This document shows positions 43,095 through 55,177 of a stretch of 64,000 nt of DNA, piece after piece. Within the stretch, counting starts at the first letter, position 1; each line of letters starts with the position of its first letter. This DNA is from Macrostomum lignano (Eukaryota): positions 11,765-75,764 of the forward strand of contig NIVC01002217.1 in NCBI GenBank assembly GCA_002269645.1, in the 5' to 3' direction. Made by a program: the position numbers and the translations under genes. The notes under the pieces were generated by a model. That model saw only the letters and a program-made list of their open reading frames with translations. It ran no database searches and was not told the DNA's origin.

Positions 43095-46000
43095 TCAAAG
43101 CAAATTCTCTCGCTCTGTTGATTCGTCGTCTTGATGCTGCTGTAGCGGCTGCTGCGGTGGCGGCGGCGGTGGCGGCGGCGGTGGAACGACCGTGCTAGTC
43201 ATGCGGAGCCGCTGCAGCAGCTGCTCCGTGGACTGACCGAACTCAGCAAGGTCTGCTTCGTGTACATCTACCAGGTCGTCAGCTCCTGAAGTCGGTGAAA
43301 TGCGGATCTGATGCTTTCAAACCATTTTGAAGGACTCTTTATTAAGCTCTCTCTCTTACCCTCCCCGCTCACTATTGGTCCAGCTAACCCCCGACCCCCT
43401 GTCTCTCACGTGCAGCTCTCTCCCTCTCCGCTCACTATTGGTCCAGCTAACCCCCGACCCCCTGTCTCTCACATGCAGCTCTCTCCCTCCCCGCTCACTA
43501 TTGGTCCAGCTAACCCCCCAACCCCTTGTCTCTCACATGCAGCTCTCTCCCTCCCCGCTCACTATTGGTCCAGCTAACCCCCCGACCCCCTGTCTCTCAC
43601 GTGCAGCTCTCTCCCTCCCCGCTCACCATTGGCCCAGCTACTCCCTCACCCACCCCACTGTCTCTCACGTGCAGCTCTCTCCCTCCCCGCTCACCATTGG
43701 CCCAGCTACTCCCTCACCCACCCCACTGTCTCTCACGTGCAGCTCTCTCCCTCCCCGCTCACCATTGGCCCAGCTACTCCCTCACCCACCCCACTGTCTC
43801 TCACAAGCAGCTCTCTCCCTCCCCGCTCACTATTGGTCCAGCTAACCCCCGACCCCCTGTCTCTCACATGCAGCTCTCTCCCTCCCCGCTCACTATTGGT
43901 CCAGCTAACCCCCCGACCCCCTGTCTCTCACGTGCAGCTCTCTCCCTCCCCGCTCACCATTGGCCCAGCTACTCCCTCACCCACCCCACTGTCTCTCACA
44001 AGCAGCTCTCTCCCTCCCCGCTCACTATTGGCCCAGCTACTCCCTCACCCCACCCCACTGTCTCTCACGTGCAGCTCTCTCCCTCCCCGCTCACCATTGG
44101 CCCAGCTACTCCCTCACCCACCCCACTGTCTCTCACAAGCAGCTCTCTCCCTCCCCGCTCACTATTGGCGCAGCTAACCCCCACCCCGCTGTCTGTCACA
44201 TGCAGTTCTCTCCCTCCCCGCTCACCATTGGCCAGCTAATCCCAGCCCAGTTCACTGTCTCTCGAATTTTGTGCTTGATTGCCCCACCCCCACCCGCTAT
44301 CTCTTTCCTTGTGACAGTTTCTTTGAAAATTTACTAGTGAACGCTAAAGTATGGTAATAGGCCAAAGAAATGCTACAATATATCACAGCTTTTCTCCTAA
44401 AAATTCTGTATATTGTACATGTAATGTATATTGTGCATGTACATATATAAAGTATATTGTACATGTACTTTATCTTCTTATTTAGCAGAGGATTTATTCC
44501 ATCCAAATAATTTCTGGGTTATGAACAAGATTCTAGTCATCAGATTCTGAATAGGGTCAGAAAAATAAAGCCACTTGGCAAGTCGCTATTTTGCTAGCCT
44601 TAATTTCCTGGTGCCGATTTTGTCCGTGGCATCTAGCTCGTAATTTCCCTTTTCTACCCACCGAAGCGCCCAATAGCGGTGATTGGAGCCCCTGTTCCTT
44701 CCGCTTCATCATCGATGTCAGCCTCCTTGGCTGCGCATTCGCTGCAGTAGCTGTCCGAGCATGAGCACCCGGATGAGTCCGAGTTGCTGTCTCCGTATCC
44801 TTGATTTTCGTCTTCTTCGTCATCATCATCAACCGAGCTTTCGGATGAGCTTCGGTCGTCTGAGGTTTCGTGATTGTGCCCGTTGCCGTTGCTGCTATCT
44901 GTGGGGGGGGCGAAACGATGGATAACTAAGAGGATTTAAGAAGGAACTTAACGTAGGTTTTTAGTGGTCCTTGTAAGCTCACTAGTGTTTTTCATCTGAG
45001 CAGAGTGATGAGCTCACTAGAGTGTGTGTGCTAACCATCTGAGCAGAGTGATGAGCTCACTTGAGTGTGTGCTCATCTGAGAAGAGTGATGAGCTCACTA
45101 GACAGTGTGCTCATCTGAGCAGAGTGATGAGCTCACTAGAGTGTGTACGCTAACCATCTGAGCAGAGTGATGAGCTCACTAGAGTGTGTGCTAACCATCT
45201 GAGCAGAGTGATGAGCTCACTAGAGTGTGTGCTAACCATCTGAGCAGAGTGATGAGCTTACTAGATGTATAATTAAGTACTTACACTATAAAAATAAGCC
45301 TAAACAGCCGCAGGTGGGGTCAGAATATTCTGCTTTATATAGCATCAGAAGAAACTGCACAAGCTGGGGGTGAAAAGAATTGAAGTATTAATACAAGTGC
45401 AGGCTCTAGCGCAGTCTAAGGTTGCTACCTGCCGGCAGTAATGAGAGGGTGGAGAATCTTGTGCAGAGGAACGGCGGGATCAATAGGAAATGAACCGAAC
45501 GCTACAAGGCGTTAAAGGCTTGCAATTTCTTATCCTAATGCTTTCCTCCTTCAATCATTTATTTGCTTGCTTCATCCGCCCCGGTCCGCAATCATTTCTT
45601 CTGCAAGCTTTCGCACTGCCTGATTACTGGGGGATTTTCTTCTTTTGAAGAATGAACACCTTAATAATTATAGTATATGCTTCGCCTTACCGGAAGCTTT
45701 TAAGAACTCGGCTTGATATTGCAGTGCATAGATATCCTGACAGACTCGATCTACATACTGACAGACTCGATCTACATACTGACAGACTCGATTTACATAC
45801 TGACAGACTCGACCTACATGCTGACAGACTCGATCTACATCCTGAATATGCCTGAAGGCCAAACAAACACGACACGCAGGCACATGTCGGTCCCCAAACC
45901 GACCTTCGAACTCCATGGGTCGGCCGAGCGCCTGTCCGAGGCCGCCCGGCAGCAGCCCGGCCGGACAGACCAGCACTCGGATCCGGCGGCAGTGCCCGGC

Positions 46001-46258
46001 CCGCTGCAGCTGCCGGCAGATGGCCAGCTGCAGGCTGTTCAGCGCGTACCAGACTCCGCCGAGCTGTACAACTTGCAGTTTCGGGTATTTCGAGTCGTGG
46101 CTAAGCAGGCGGCGAGCATAGTCGGACAGGCTGTCCGAGTTCAGCCGGTGGTCTCCGCCGGAGTCAACGGCGGCCGCGGTCAGCTCCGGCCAGTTTTTCA
46201 CTCGGGCGAAGAAGCGAACCTCGGAGGGGTAGAGAAACTTGGCCGGCTTCGATGCCAT
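43095..46258 (-). CDS. Uncharacterised protein (~260 aa): degenerate ParB/sulfiredoxin-like N-terminal domain, acidic Ser/Asp linker with a Cys cluster, poly-Pro/Gln tail
   Basis: Exons 46258-45904, 44898-44662, 43285-43095 (GT-AG, phases 1,1; 783 nt in frame). A possible extra upstream mini-exon 46589-46582 (ATG GCA AG|gtgag) joins the acceptor at 46259 in frame. N-terminal LYPSEVRF...PKLQVVQLGGVWYALNSLQLAICRQLQRAGHCRRIRV. The domain call is from motif recall only. Confidence 0.75.
43355..44240. repeat. ~60-bp C-rich minisatellite in intron 2 of the 43095-46258 gene
   Basis: Units built on CTCTCTCCCTCCCCGCTCACYATTGGYCCAGCTA..., two alternating variants, ~14 units. Confidence 0.9.
44985..45265. 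repeat. ~41-bp minisatellite (CATCTGAGCAGAGTGATGAGCTCACTAGAGTGTGTGCTAAC)
   Basis: About 7 units, each with a small AGTGA/TCACT inverted repeat. Confidence 0.85.
45737..45840. repeat. 21-bp tandem repeat (GACAGACTCGATCTACATACT)
   Basis: 5 units just inside the intron after the 45904 donor. Confidence 0.85.
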
Positions 46259-46300
46259 GCTGGGAAGTTGAGGGATGACGAAGGATTATCATAATAAGAA

Positions 46301-46498
46301 TTGATTACACCTGCCCCGATTGGGCCAGATGTGCAACCGACAGCTCAGCGGCAGCTATTGCGCGGCGTATCTGAAGGCTGCGTACGGCTGTTCAGTCCAA
46401 GGGGTCCCCACACGCACCCTCAATTACCCCAGCTAATGCTGGCACCCATTTTACAGCTGGGTGAACTGAAGCAATGCAGAGTTAAGTGTCTTGCTCAA
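46301..46498 (-). mobile_element. 5'-truncated copy of the tRNA-derived SINE (tRNA head missing)
   Basis: Collinear and highly similar to 12457-12655, from TTGATTAC..CTGCCC to GTGTCTTGCTCAA. A and B boxes are absent. Confidence 0.85.
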
Positions 46499-47297
46499 CA
46501 CATATTGACTGCCTCAGTTCAACCCGAGACAGCATGCTTGTAAAGCTCCAGTCAGGAGTTTGCTGCTCAGCCTTTTCTCACCTTGCCATTGCTGCTTTGA
46601 GGCGCAGACAGTCACCGACCGCTGTTGAGGTCCGCCAAAGCCTGGGGGCTGCTGAGGCCCGAGGCGTCTGACCTGAATCTTAAGTCTGCTTCCTCTCCCC
46701 TCACTCTCCCCTCATTCCCTAGCCCATCGCAGGGGATTGGCCAGACCAAACATCCTCGGCTATGCTTTCTAGTCCAGAGAGTCGAAACGGGGGGTCGCGG
46801 GACTTTGTCGTGTCGAATTAAAATCTTCTTTCAAAGCTTCACCCGGGATGCTTCTGTTTGGCCTTTGCTGTGCCGCCACCCGCCAACCCCCCGTCGTTTC
46901 GCTGTGACTCTCCGTGAAGAAATTGTATTTGCTATTGAAATTTTTCTGGCCAACACGCGTGCGACTTCTAGTTCTGCTTCCCTGTCTCTCTTTCAGTCAC
47001 TCAATCTTCTGCTTTCATTTCCTGAGTCCCTCAGCGCTGTGCATCTCTTGAGGACTATATTAGCATGCGATATTTCACTTTAATCAATAGCTTAATTATT
47101 GACGCAGTTCGCGCATAAAAATTGTCATTTAATTAAGCAAAGAACCAACTACATGTAGAAGTGGTTATTTTAAATGCAGTCCTGAGTCCGTTAATAACGA
47201 CACTAAAAACATTGGGTAATACAAAAACTAACGCATATACTATGAACAACGTGTTTTAAAAGATAACAATATTGGACGCTCGATAGGCTCCAGGAAG

Positions 47298-47590
47298 ATC
47301 AATCCCGAACTAGCAACTTCTCCAGGTAGGTCAATCCCGAACTAGCTACTTCTCCAGGTAGGTCAATCCCGAACTAGCTACTTCTCCAGTAGGTCAATCC
47401 CGAACTAGCTACTTCTCCAGAAGGTCAATCCCGAACTAGCTACTTCTCCAGGTAGGTCAATCCCGAACTAGCTACTTCTCCAGGTAGGTCAATCCCGAAC
47501 TAGCTACTTCTCCAGAAGGTCAATCCCGAACTAGCTACTTCTCCAGAAGGTCAATCCCGAACTAGCTACGCTTTCTCCAGGTAGGTCAAT
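47298..47590. repeat. 31/32-bp minisatellite (CAATCCCGAACTAGCTACTTCTCCAGGTAGGT)
   Basis: About 9 units. Confidence 0.9.
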
Positions 47591-48329
47591 GCATTGCCAC
47601 ATGAAAGCATTGAGACGCTGTGGGGCACAGAAGTTCTCTTCCGAATATTGCCTTCCTTCTATGTTCCAAACTTGAGCATTCCAGCGGCTCTTAGCCAGCA
47701 CAAAATCGGCCAAGTTAACCAACTACATCTCTGCATCCTGGCAGCTGTGACTGATGGCCGGGGCGGAGCTTTTACTCCTCCAACACTGCAGAGCCACCAC
47801 TTGGCCATGGCGGATGGCTGCCAATTAGCTGGCCGTGCTCAGCCCAGCTCCATCTCAGCTCTGCTATTTGCCTTCTCTCTCCTGCTCCTCTGCAATTTCC
47901 TGCTTGTCTCTATCTATCTAACGCGTCTGTTAGCCGAAGTGGCAGAAGCGAGCTAAAGAAAAGAAAAACAGGATAGGATAAGCTCCTATCGCTGAGATTG
48001 GCCGTCCTTGGGATAAAAAAACGAGGGGTGGGGGATGGGCGGCGTTTGGGGGCAGACGAGAGACGCGCTGATCGATTGAGATCGGGCTGAGACGAACTTT
48101 GCTGTAGAGAAGTTCTTTTGTACCGGACTCAAAATGTATTCATCCAGCAGAATACTTTGAGTCTTTAAGTCTCTTTCTATTTGTGTGTTATCGGTTGCTG
48201 ATGAGTTGATGGGGTGAGGTGAGTTGTAGACTGTAGGATATAGATCGCGGTTGATTACATAGATAAGTACATTTAACATAGATTCAGATTGCGTAGATTT
48301 AGTTGGATAGTGACGGGAATAGGCGTGGT

Positions 48330-49440
48330 AGTAGAGTGGATAGAGTGTATGGAGTACATGTAGATAGATATTGTAGAGTAGATAGAGTGTATGGAGTACA
48401 TGTAGATATATATTGTAGAGTGGATAGAGTGTATGGAGTACATGTAGATAGATATTGTAGAGTGGATAGAGCGTATGGAGTACATGTAGATATATATTGT
48501 AGAGTGGATAGAGTGTATGGAGTACATGTAGATAGATATTGTAGAGTGGATAGAGTGTATGGAGTACATGTAGATAGATATTGTAGAGTGGATAGAGTGT
48601 ATGGAGTACATGTAGATATATATTGTAGAGTGGATAGAGTGTATGGAGTACATGTAGATAGATATTGTAGAGTGGATAGAGTGTATGGAGTACATGTAGA
48701 TAGATATTGTAGAGTGGATAGAGTGTATGGAGTACATGTAGATAGATATTGTAGAGTGGATAGAGCGTATGGAGTACATGTAGATATATATTGTAGAGTG
48801 GATAGAGTGTATGGAGTACATGTAGATAGATATTGTAGAGTGGATAGAGTGTATGGAGTACATGTAGATATATATTGTAGAGTGGATAGAGTGTATGGAG
48901 TACATGTAGATATATATTGTAGAGTGGATAGAGTGTATGGAGTACATGTAGATAGATATTGTAGAGTGGATAGAGCGTATGGAGTACATGTAGATAGATA
49001 TTGTAGAGTGGATAGAGCGTATGGAGCACATGTAGATAGATATTGTAGAGTGGATAGAGCGTATGGAGTACATGTAGATATATATTGTAGAGTGGATAGA
49101 GCGTATGGAGTACATGTAGATATATATTGTAGAGTGGATAGAGTGTATGGAGCACATGTAGATAGATATTGTAGAGTGGATAGAGTGTATGGAGCACATG
49201 TAGATAAATATTGTAGAGTGGATAGAGCGTATGGAGTACATGTAGATATATATTGTAGAGTGGATAGAGTGTATGGAGTACATGTAGATAGATATTGTAG
49301 AGTAGATAGAGTGTATGGAGCACATGTAGATAGATATTGTAGAGTGGATAGAGCGTATGGAGCACATGTAGATAGATATTGTAGAGTAGATAGAGTGTAT
49401 GGAGCACATGTAGATAGATATTGTAGAGTGGATAGAGCGT
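48330..49440. repeat. 42-bp minisatellite (GTAGATAGATATTGTAGAGTGGATAGAGTGTATGGAGTACAT)
   Basis: About 26 units. Four frames are open because the unit is a multiple of 3. Confidence 0.95.
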
Positions 49441-50262
49441 AGACAGACACGTTTTGGTTGGACAGATACTGTAAGAGTTGATAGGATACAGTAAATGGTG
49501 CAGAGAGGTAGGTGTAGAGTATTGAGTAGATAGAGGGCCGATATTGTGTCTGATAACTTCCGTGATGAAAATTACTGTTGATTACAATTAGCCCTTAATC
49601 ATACGCTTTTGTACGAAACGTTGAAGATTTCTACACTGTGTTGCGGAGCCCAGACTCCATCAATTCTCTGCCGGTTTAATTCGCTTATTTTCCCTCTTGA
49701 AGAGGAGTTAACGGAAATCAGAGATCCCCAGATTAACATCGGGAGCAGTGCCGGAGATCAGCAAGGATCAACCAATGTAGTGATAGGACGTTACGCTTTC
49801 AGTTAACGCGTCAACGAAAAAACTGAAAACTGTTATTTTGATATTGGAAATAAGCAAAAGCACAGTGCGTTCTTTCTTAGAATGCATTCAATTGAGTAGG
49901 GTTCTGTCGCACAGGGAAATCCCTTTAGAAAAGAATAGAGTGAAAAGATGGGGCGGTTTGCCAGCATCCAATCTATGCAATCTCGCTAATGCATTTTGAA
50001 ACAAAAGTGGAACCTTCAAAAATTATGTTTCACAGTTTTGAGTTGCCACGTACTCCTTCCTACCCTTAGCGGTCCTTAAGGCAGTATCAAGGATACGGTA
50101 AACTAAACTATACTTATACATTCGCAGCAAGCACTAACACAGGGCACGTGTGAGCAAAACTTAATAAACAAACAATTAAAAAAACAGAACAGAAAGTACA
50201 GCTACAAAGACCCCAAATTATGACGTCAACATTCCTTGACCAGCGTCCGCCAAGCCAGCCAA

Positions 50263-51495
50263 TCACAGCAGGTGACCGCCCTTGGAGGTCGGCTTCCATG
50301 GCGCGGTGCTCACGCCGCCGCCCTGGCCGCCCGGCCGATCGGCCAGCCGGTTGGCTGTCGCCATCTGCTCCGTCTCCCGGGCCTGGGCTCGGGCCTGCAG
50401 GCCGCGCAGCTTCTCAGCCTGGCGCCTGGCCGCCTCCGCCTTCTCGTGCTCGTAGGCGTCGTGTGAGTCTTGCCACTCCTTGGCGTAGCCCATGGACAGC
50501 AGCTTGTCCATGGCCGGCCGCTCCACCGCCCCGCCCGGCTGCTCATCGTTCGGATTCTGCATTGTGGATTTGGGTAGGGAGCGGATGGTGGATTTGGGTA
50601 GGGAGCGTATGGTGGATTTGGGTAGAGAGCGTATGGTGGATTTGGGTAGGGAGAGGATGGTGAAATTGGTTGAGCTTACTACCTAGGAGCAGATGATGGA
50701 GTTTCCTTTTAGAAAAAGGGGTTCAAAGTCCGCCCGAGGGAGCTGGCGGGCGGTTGACCTATTTAAAGGGGGCGGCCTGATGGAAAAGGTCAAACTGAAC
50801 CTGAAACTTACCTGAAAGCCGCCACCTCGCCGAGCCTTCTGTCTCAGCTCGTTCTCATTGTGCGGCCGCGCCTTCACAGTGAGCTCCTGATTCTCCAGCT
50901 TCTGCTGCTGGCTGGCCTTCTTAGCCGCTTTCTCGTTCCTCACCCCGACGCCCTGCTTCCTGGCCTCCGGCAGGCGGGATCTCTTGTCGAAGCGCACCAT
51001 GTGGTTGGGGATGACGTCTTGCTCAGTGGCGAACGGCGGCCGGCCCCGCTCGCCTGGTCCGTACTTCGGCACCGCCGCTGCGCGCCCCGGTTTGCCGGCC
51101 GCGTTCCACGGCTGGTGCACCATGTAGTCAGGCAGGCGGAACACCCACGGCTCGCGCTGGTTGGCGGCGTCGTCGTCAAGCATGCTGTTGTCCTCCTGGT
51201 AGAACCAGTCGCACCTTGGATAGCCCTTAGCCGGGGCATCGTCGTCGCGTTGATTCTCCCGGATGCACAGCAGGTCCTTCCTGCCGCCATTCTTCGCCAT
51301 CACAATGTAGGGCGTGTCCGTGTCCTTGATGAGGCCCTGCCGCGGCTCCTTCTCCGGCGGCAGCATATCGTCCGGCATGTTGCCTAGGCCGGGAATCTGC
51401 GATGTCGGCGGGACGCGAACCTCGGGCCTGTCCTCGTGCTTAGCCGGGCTGTGGTACATCCAGCCGATGTCTTTCATGTTGGTTTTGACCGCCAT
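50263..51495 (-). CDS. C7orf57-like protein (~325 aa), 2 exons (a third is possible)
   Basis: Exons 51495-50812 and 50556-50263 (GT-AG, phase 0). Motifs W.YH, PPTSQIPGLG, IKDTDTPYIVMAKNGGRKDLL, CDWF, LPDYMVH, RPPF and DKLLSMGYAKEW match my recollection of the C7orf57 family. A possible further exon 48230-47986 would use a weak donor at 50276. Confidence 0.75.
50564..50660. repeat. 24-bp tandem repeat in the C7orf57-like intron
   Basis: 4 units of TGGATTTGGGTAGGGAGCGKATGG ending ~8 nt from the acceptor. Confidence 0.8.
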
Positions 51496-53029
51496 GCTGA
51501 TTAGCGCTAACCTGCTAGATTGAATGCTACACTGTCAGGGTCTGCGAGACTGCTTTATAGCAAAGAAATTTTCTATGAAAAAGCAGAGAAAGCCGAGAGA
51601 AACGCTCTATGAAAAGGGGTGAGTACTGCTAAGCTAAAGCTGGTTGCCAAGCTGGTTGCTAACGCTGCAGCGCCCCGGCCTCGCTCTGAGCCGGCCCCCC
51701 CTCCCCCATCTCCGCGCCTCCCACCCTGCGCATACGCGGACTGTCTCGGCTACAAATTCAGCGCCCAATTTTCCGCTATTCAGAGAGAGAGAGTGTCGCG
51801 CAGAGGACAGGCCTGGAATGAGAGGCGGTGGGGCAAGACAGGTGAGAGAAGGGCTGGCCTGAGAGTTGGTCCACCCAGACCCCCCCCCCGGCCCTCTCTG
51901 GGGGCTGAACGTACTGTGTGCCCGTACATTCACTCCAATCATACGGTACGCCAGGAGTATTCGTCGGGCTGTATTTCATGCAGCAGTGTAGAGCATACAC
52001 CTGTACGCTCAGTGAGGTACATTTACTAAGGTAAGTAGATCAAATGAGAAGCTCTATCCAATATTGCCTCTTTCACCACTTTGGGCATGACAATGGGTCT
52101 CAGTTCAGTCTAGGTTTGTTGTTGCGCTCACGGGAATGAAAACACTCGGTAGTAGTTTTGCTCACTATTCAGTAGTGTCTGCTGAGCATTAATACAAATT
52201 TGTTCCGCAAATAAAATCTTTTAAAATTCGATGTTCCACCTAAACCACAGGTAATTTTGATTACTTTGCCTACCACTACTAATACGGTGGGACAGCAACC
52301 ATTGATTGTTGGATAGCAATATTTGGTAGTTCGGATAGCAACCAGTGGTAGTTTGTATAGCAACCAGAGTTTTAACTTGAAGTTTGGACGGCTTGGACTG
52401 CAACCAGAAATGACGAAATAGCCAGTCAAGGACTCAGATTTCCAAGAAACCACTGCGTTATGCACAATAATTCCAATCAAAATAAGAATCTGATAGATAT
52501 TATTAAAAATATATAATTTTCTCTTAGCGACAGCATAATAGGGAATGCATATGTACATGCATAATTTAAGTAGTATAGACAGAAATATCACCGATTAGAT
52601 TTATTAAACAATATCTATTAAAATCAATACCAGGACATTGATGTATAATCGTCTGCATGAAAAACCAAAATTATAGATTTTACGGAATGTTAAAAAGATG
52701 AGTGTTCAAAACTATTGCGGTCTGGTTCACAATGGTTTCAAACGCCGGCTCAGGACTTGATAAATATTTAGGTGAAATTTTGAAATAAAAATAAATATTG
52801 CAAAAGTGTATGGCGGGCTAAATTGTTAAAGGAAATACAGACTAGCTCGGTACAGCGTACGAGCTATCTTAAGTAGGTAAAGTTTGGCAAAATTCACAGA
52901 GAAAAATTGCGTCAGTCATAGTCTGAAAAAGATAAACTACATTCCGATATTCCTGTCGCTCAGAGCATTGAAAATTCGTTAGTGTTACGGAGTTTTTAAT
53001 GCACGGAATGGATGATTTATTAAATACAG

Positions 53030-53500
53030 TCTGAGCTATAAATAAGTCTCAGCCATAGACAGTCTGAGCCATAGACAGTCTGAGCCATAGACAGTCTGAG
53101 ACAGACAGTCTGAGATAGACAGTCTGAGACAGACAGTCTGAGACAGACAGTCTGAGACAGACAGTCTGAGATAGACAGTCTGAGACAGACAGTCTGAGAC
53201 AGACAGTCTGAGACAGACAGTCTGAGATAGACAGTCTGAGACAGACAGTCTGAGACAGACAGTCTGAGACAGACAGTCTGAGACAGACAGTCTGAGACAG
53301 ACAGTCTGAGACAGACAGTCTGAGACATAGACAGTCTGAGACAGACAGTCTGAGACATAGACAGTCTGAGACAGACAGTCTGAGACATAGACAGTCTGAG
53401 CTATAGACAGTCTGAGCTATAGACAGTCCAAGCAAAAGACAGTCTGAGCCATGGCATACATAACTTTGAGCCATTGACAGTTTAAGCCATAGACGTTCTG
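53030..53500. repeat. 14/16-bp minisatellite (GACAGTCTGAGACA / GACAGTCTGAGCCATA)
   Basis: About 30 units. Confidence 0.9.
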
Positions 53501-55177
53501 TGCCATAGAATGTCTATTTCCAATGCATAGTGATTAATAGTATAGTTTTCGCTCGAGTTTTAGATCTTGGTACAGCCTTTATCGAGATGAAGCGCGGTTG
53601 AATTCTTGATTCTTGAATTCTAGAAAATAAAATATTACAGTTATTAGTTGCGCTACACTCATGAAAGAACAGCAGGCTCTGTCCGCGCTTCATTGGGACG
53701 TGCGCGTCTTAGCTTCGAATGTCGCCCTGATGATCGGCGTCGGGTTCTAGCAGTTCCGGTAGGCGTCCGAGCTGACGATGATGCCGCGACAGCGGCGGCA
53801 ACTGCCAGTCGCTTCTAGGATTGTTCAACGGCTCGCTCCGGCTGTCATCTAAGCTGGGATTCGAATTGCTGAAATACAGAGCGGTCGGTTTAACGCGTTG
53901 GTCTTTTTACGCTATTAAATATTTATCAAGCGCTTATAAATGTAAGTAGAATTTAAAAATGTCGAGTGCTGTTTTTGGACCCCGAATGTAGTAATTAGCT
54001 TCGTTTCTTTTTTACTCAGAAAATCCCGAACGTAATATTCGAAGAATTTCTAAGAAAAATAATCTCTGAAATTTATTACTTTTCACACTTTCAACATAAA
54101 ATTTATTTCCAGCAATGTTTAAACTAAATATCTAGAGAATATATACTTCTTTGACGTAAAAAGCTCAAGGACCACTGTATTATAACAACAGTGGCCCATA
54201 AAAAGCTTTAATTTAGTTAACACTCATTTTTAGCAAATAGGATTCAAATAATCTAGATAAACTACTAATTACAAGCCAAGTTTAATTAAATTGCAAAATT
54301 TAAAAATTTATCATGCTTTTATTATTAAATACTTCGGAATATTATTTCATAGTAATAGCTCATTATTGCTACTTATACGATCTAAAATTACTACGGATTA
54401 GCAATTAGCTAGCGCAATTATTATTAAGGAATAATTTCCAAAATTTCGTAATCTTGAGTTTTAAATAATATTTTCATTTAAAGTTAATGAAGGGTCAAAT
54501 GACCATTTTTAGTATTTTTATATGTTTAGTGGTCAAACGGAAAAGCGCACATCAAGGTGGAATTGAGCTCGAAAAAAGAGGGATTTTGGCTTACTTAGTA
54601 ACATATTGCGCATATTTTGTCATAATTTCAATCAATAACAAGAAGCGCAGAGCGTGTTTACCCGGGGTCAATTTTGTGCGACCTCCTGCCCTTCTTCTTG
54701 CGCTTTTTATCGGAACTTCTACAATAGAAATTAACAGTTTGCAAGCGATAGAAAAATGGAGCAAAATAAAGCCAATTAGTTATGGAAAGCCGAAAAATAA
54801 AAATAAAACTGCACGTGACTAAATAGAATTTAATTAATCCAAACTCACTCGCTACTTTTCAAGTTTTCATCGGCTTTCAGCTTTGAATGGTGTAGCCTGA
54901 AAGTGGGTGTAAATAGGTCATAGGTCACGGATTCAGCGCAAGTACGTTGTGTCACATTTATGAAGCACTTTAAAAAATCCCAACGTACAGTACTGGAACT
55001 TTTAGAAAGCATCGAACAGTTTGGTATTAGCTAGTATCTTAAATTTTATTAAAACATTTTGTCATCCACTTCTAAAACTACCAATTTAATAGTTTTCAGT
55101 CAGTTTGTCGAAATTTCCTCTAACTAAGTTTTCATGCAATGAGAATGAGAATTCTACTACTCTACTATTAGTAATAC

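Noticed and set aside
14003-53474. Long ORFs over tandem repeats (e.g. 14003-14719, 21697-22890, 23320-24620, 29010-29897, 40833-42533, 43311-44337, 47986-49450, 53020-53474)
   Set aside because: They coincide exactly with minisatellites, are open in several frames or strands at once, and have periodicity equal to the DNA unit. Most lie in introns of real genes.
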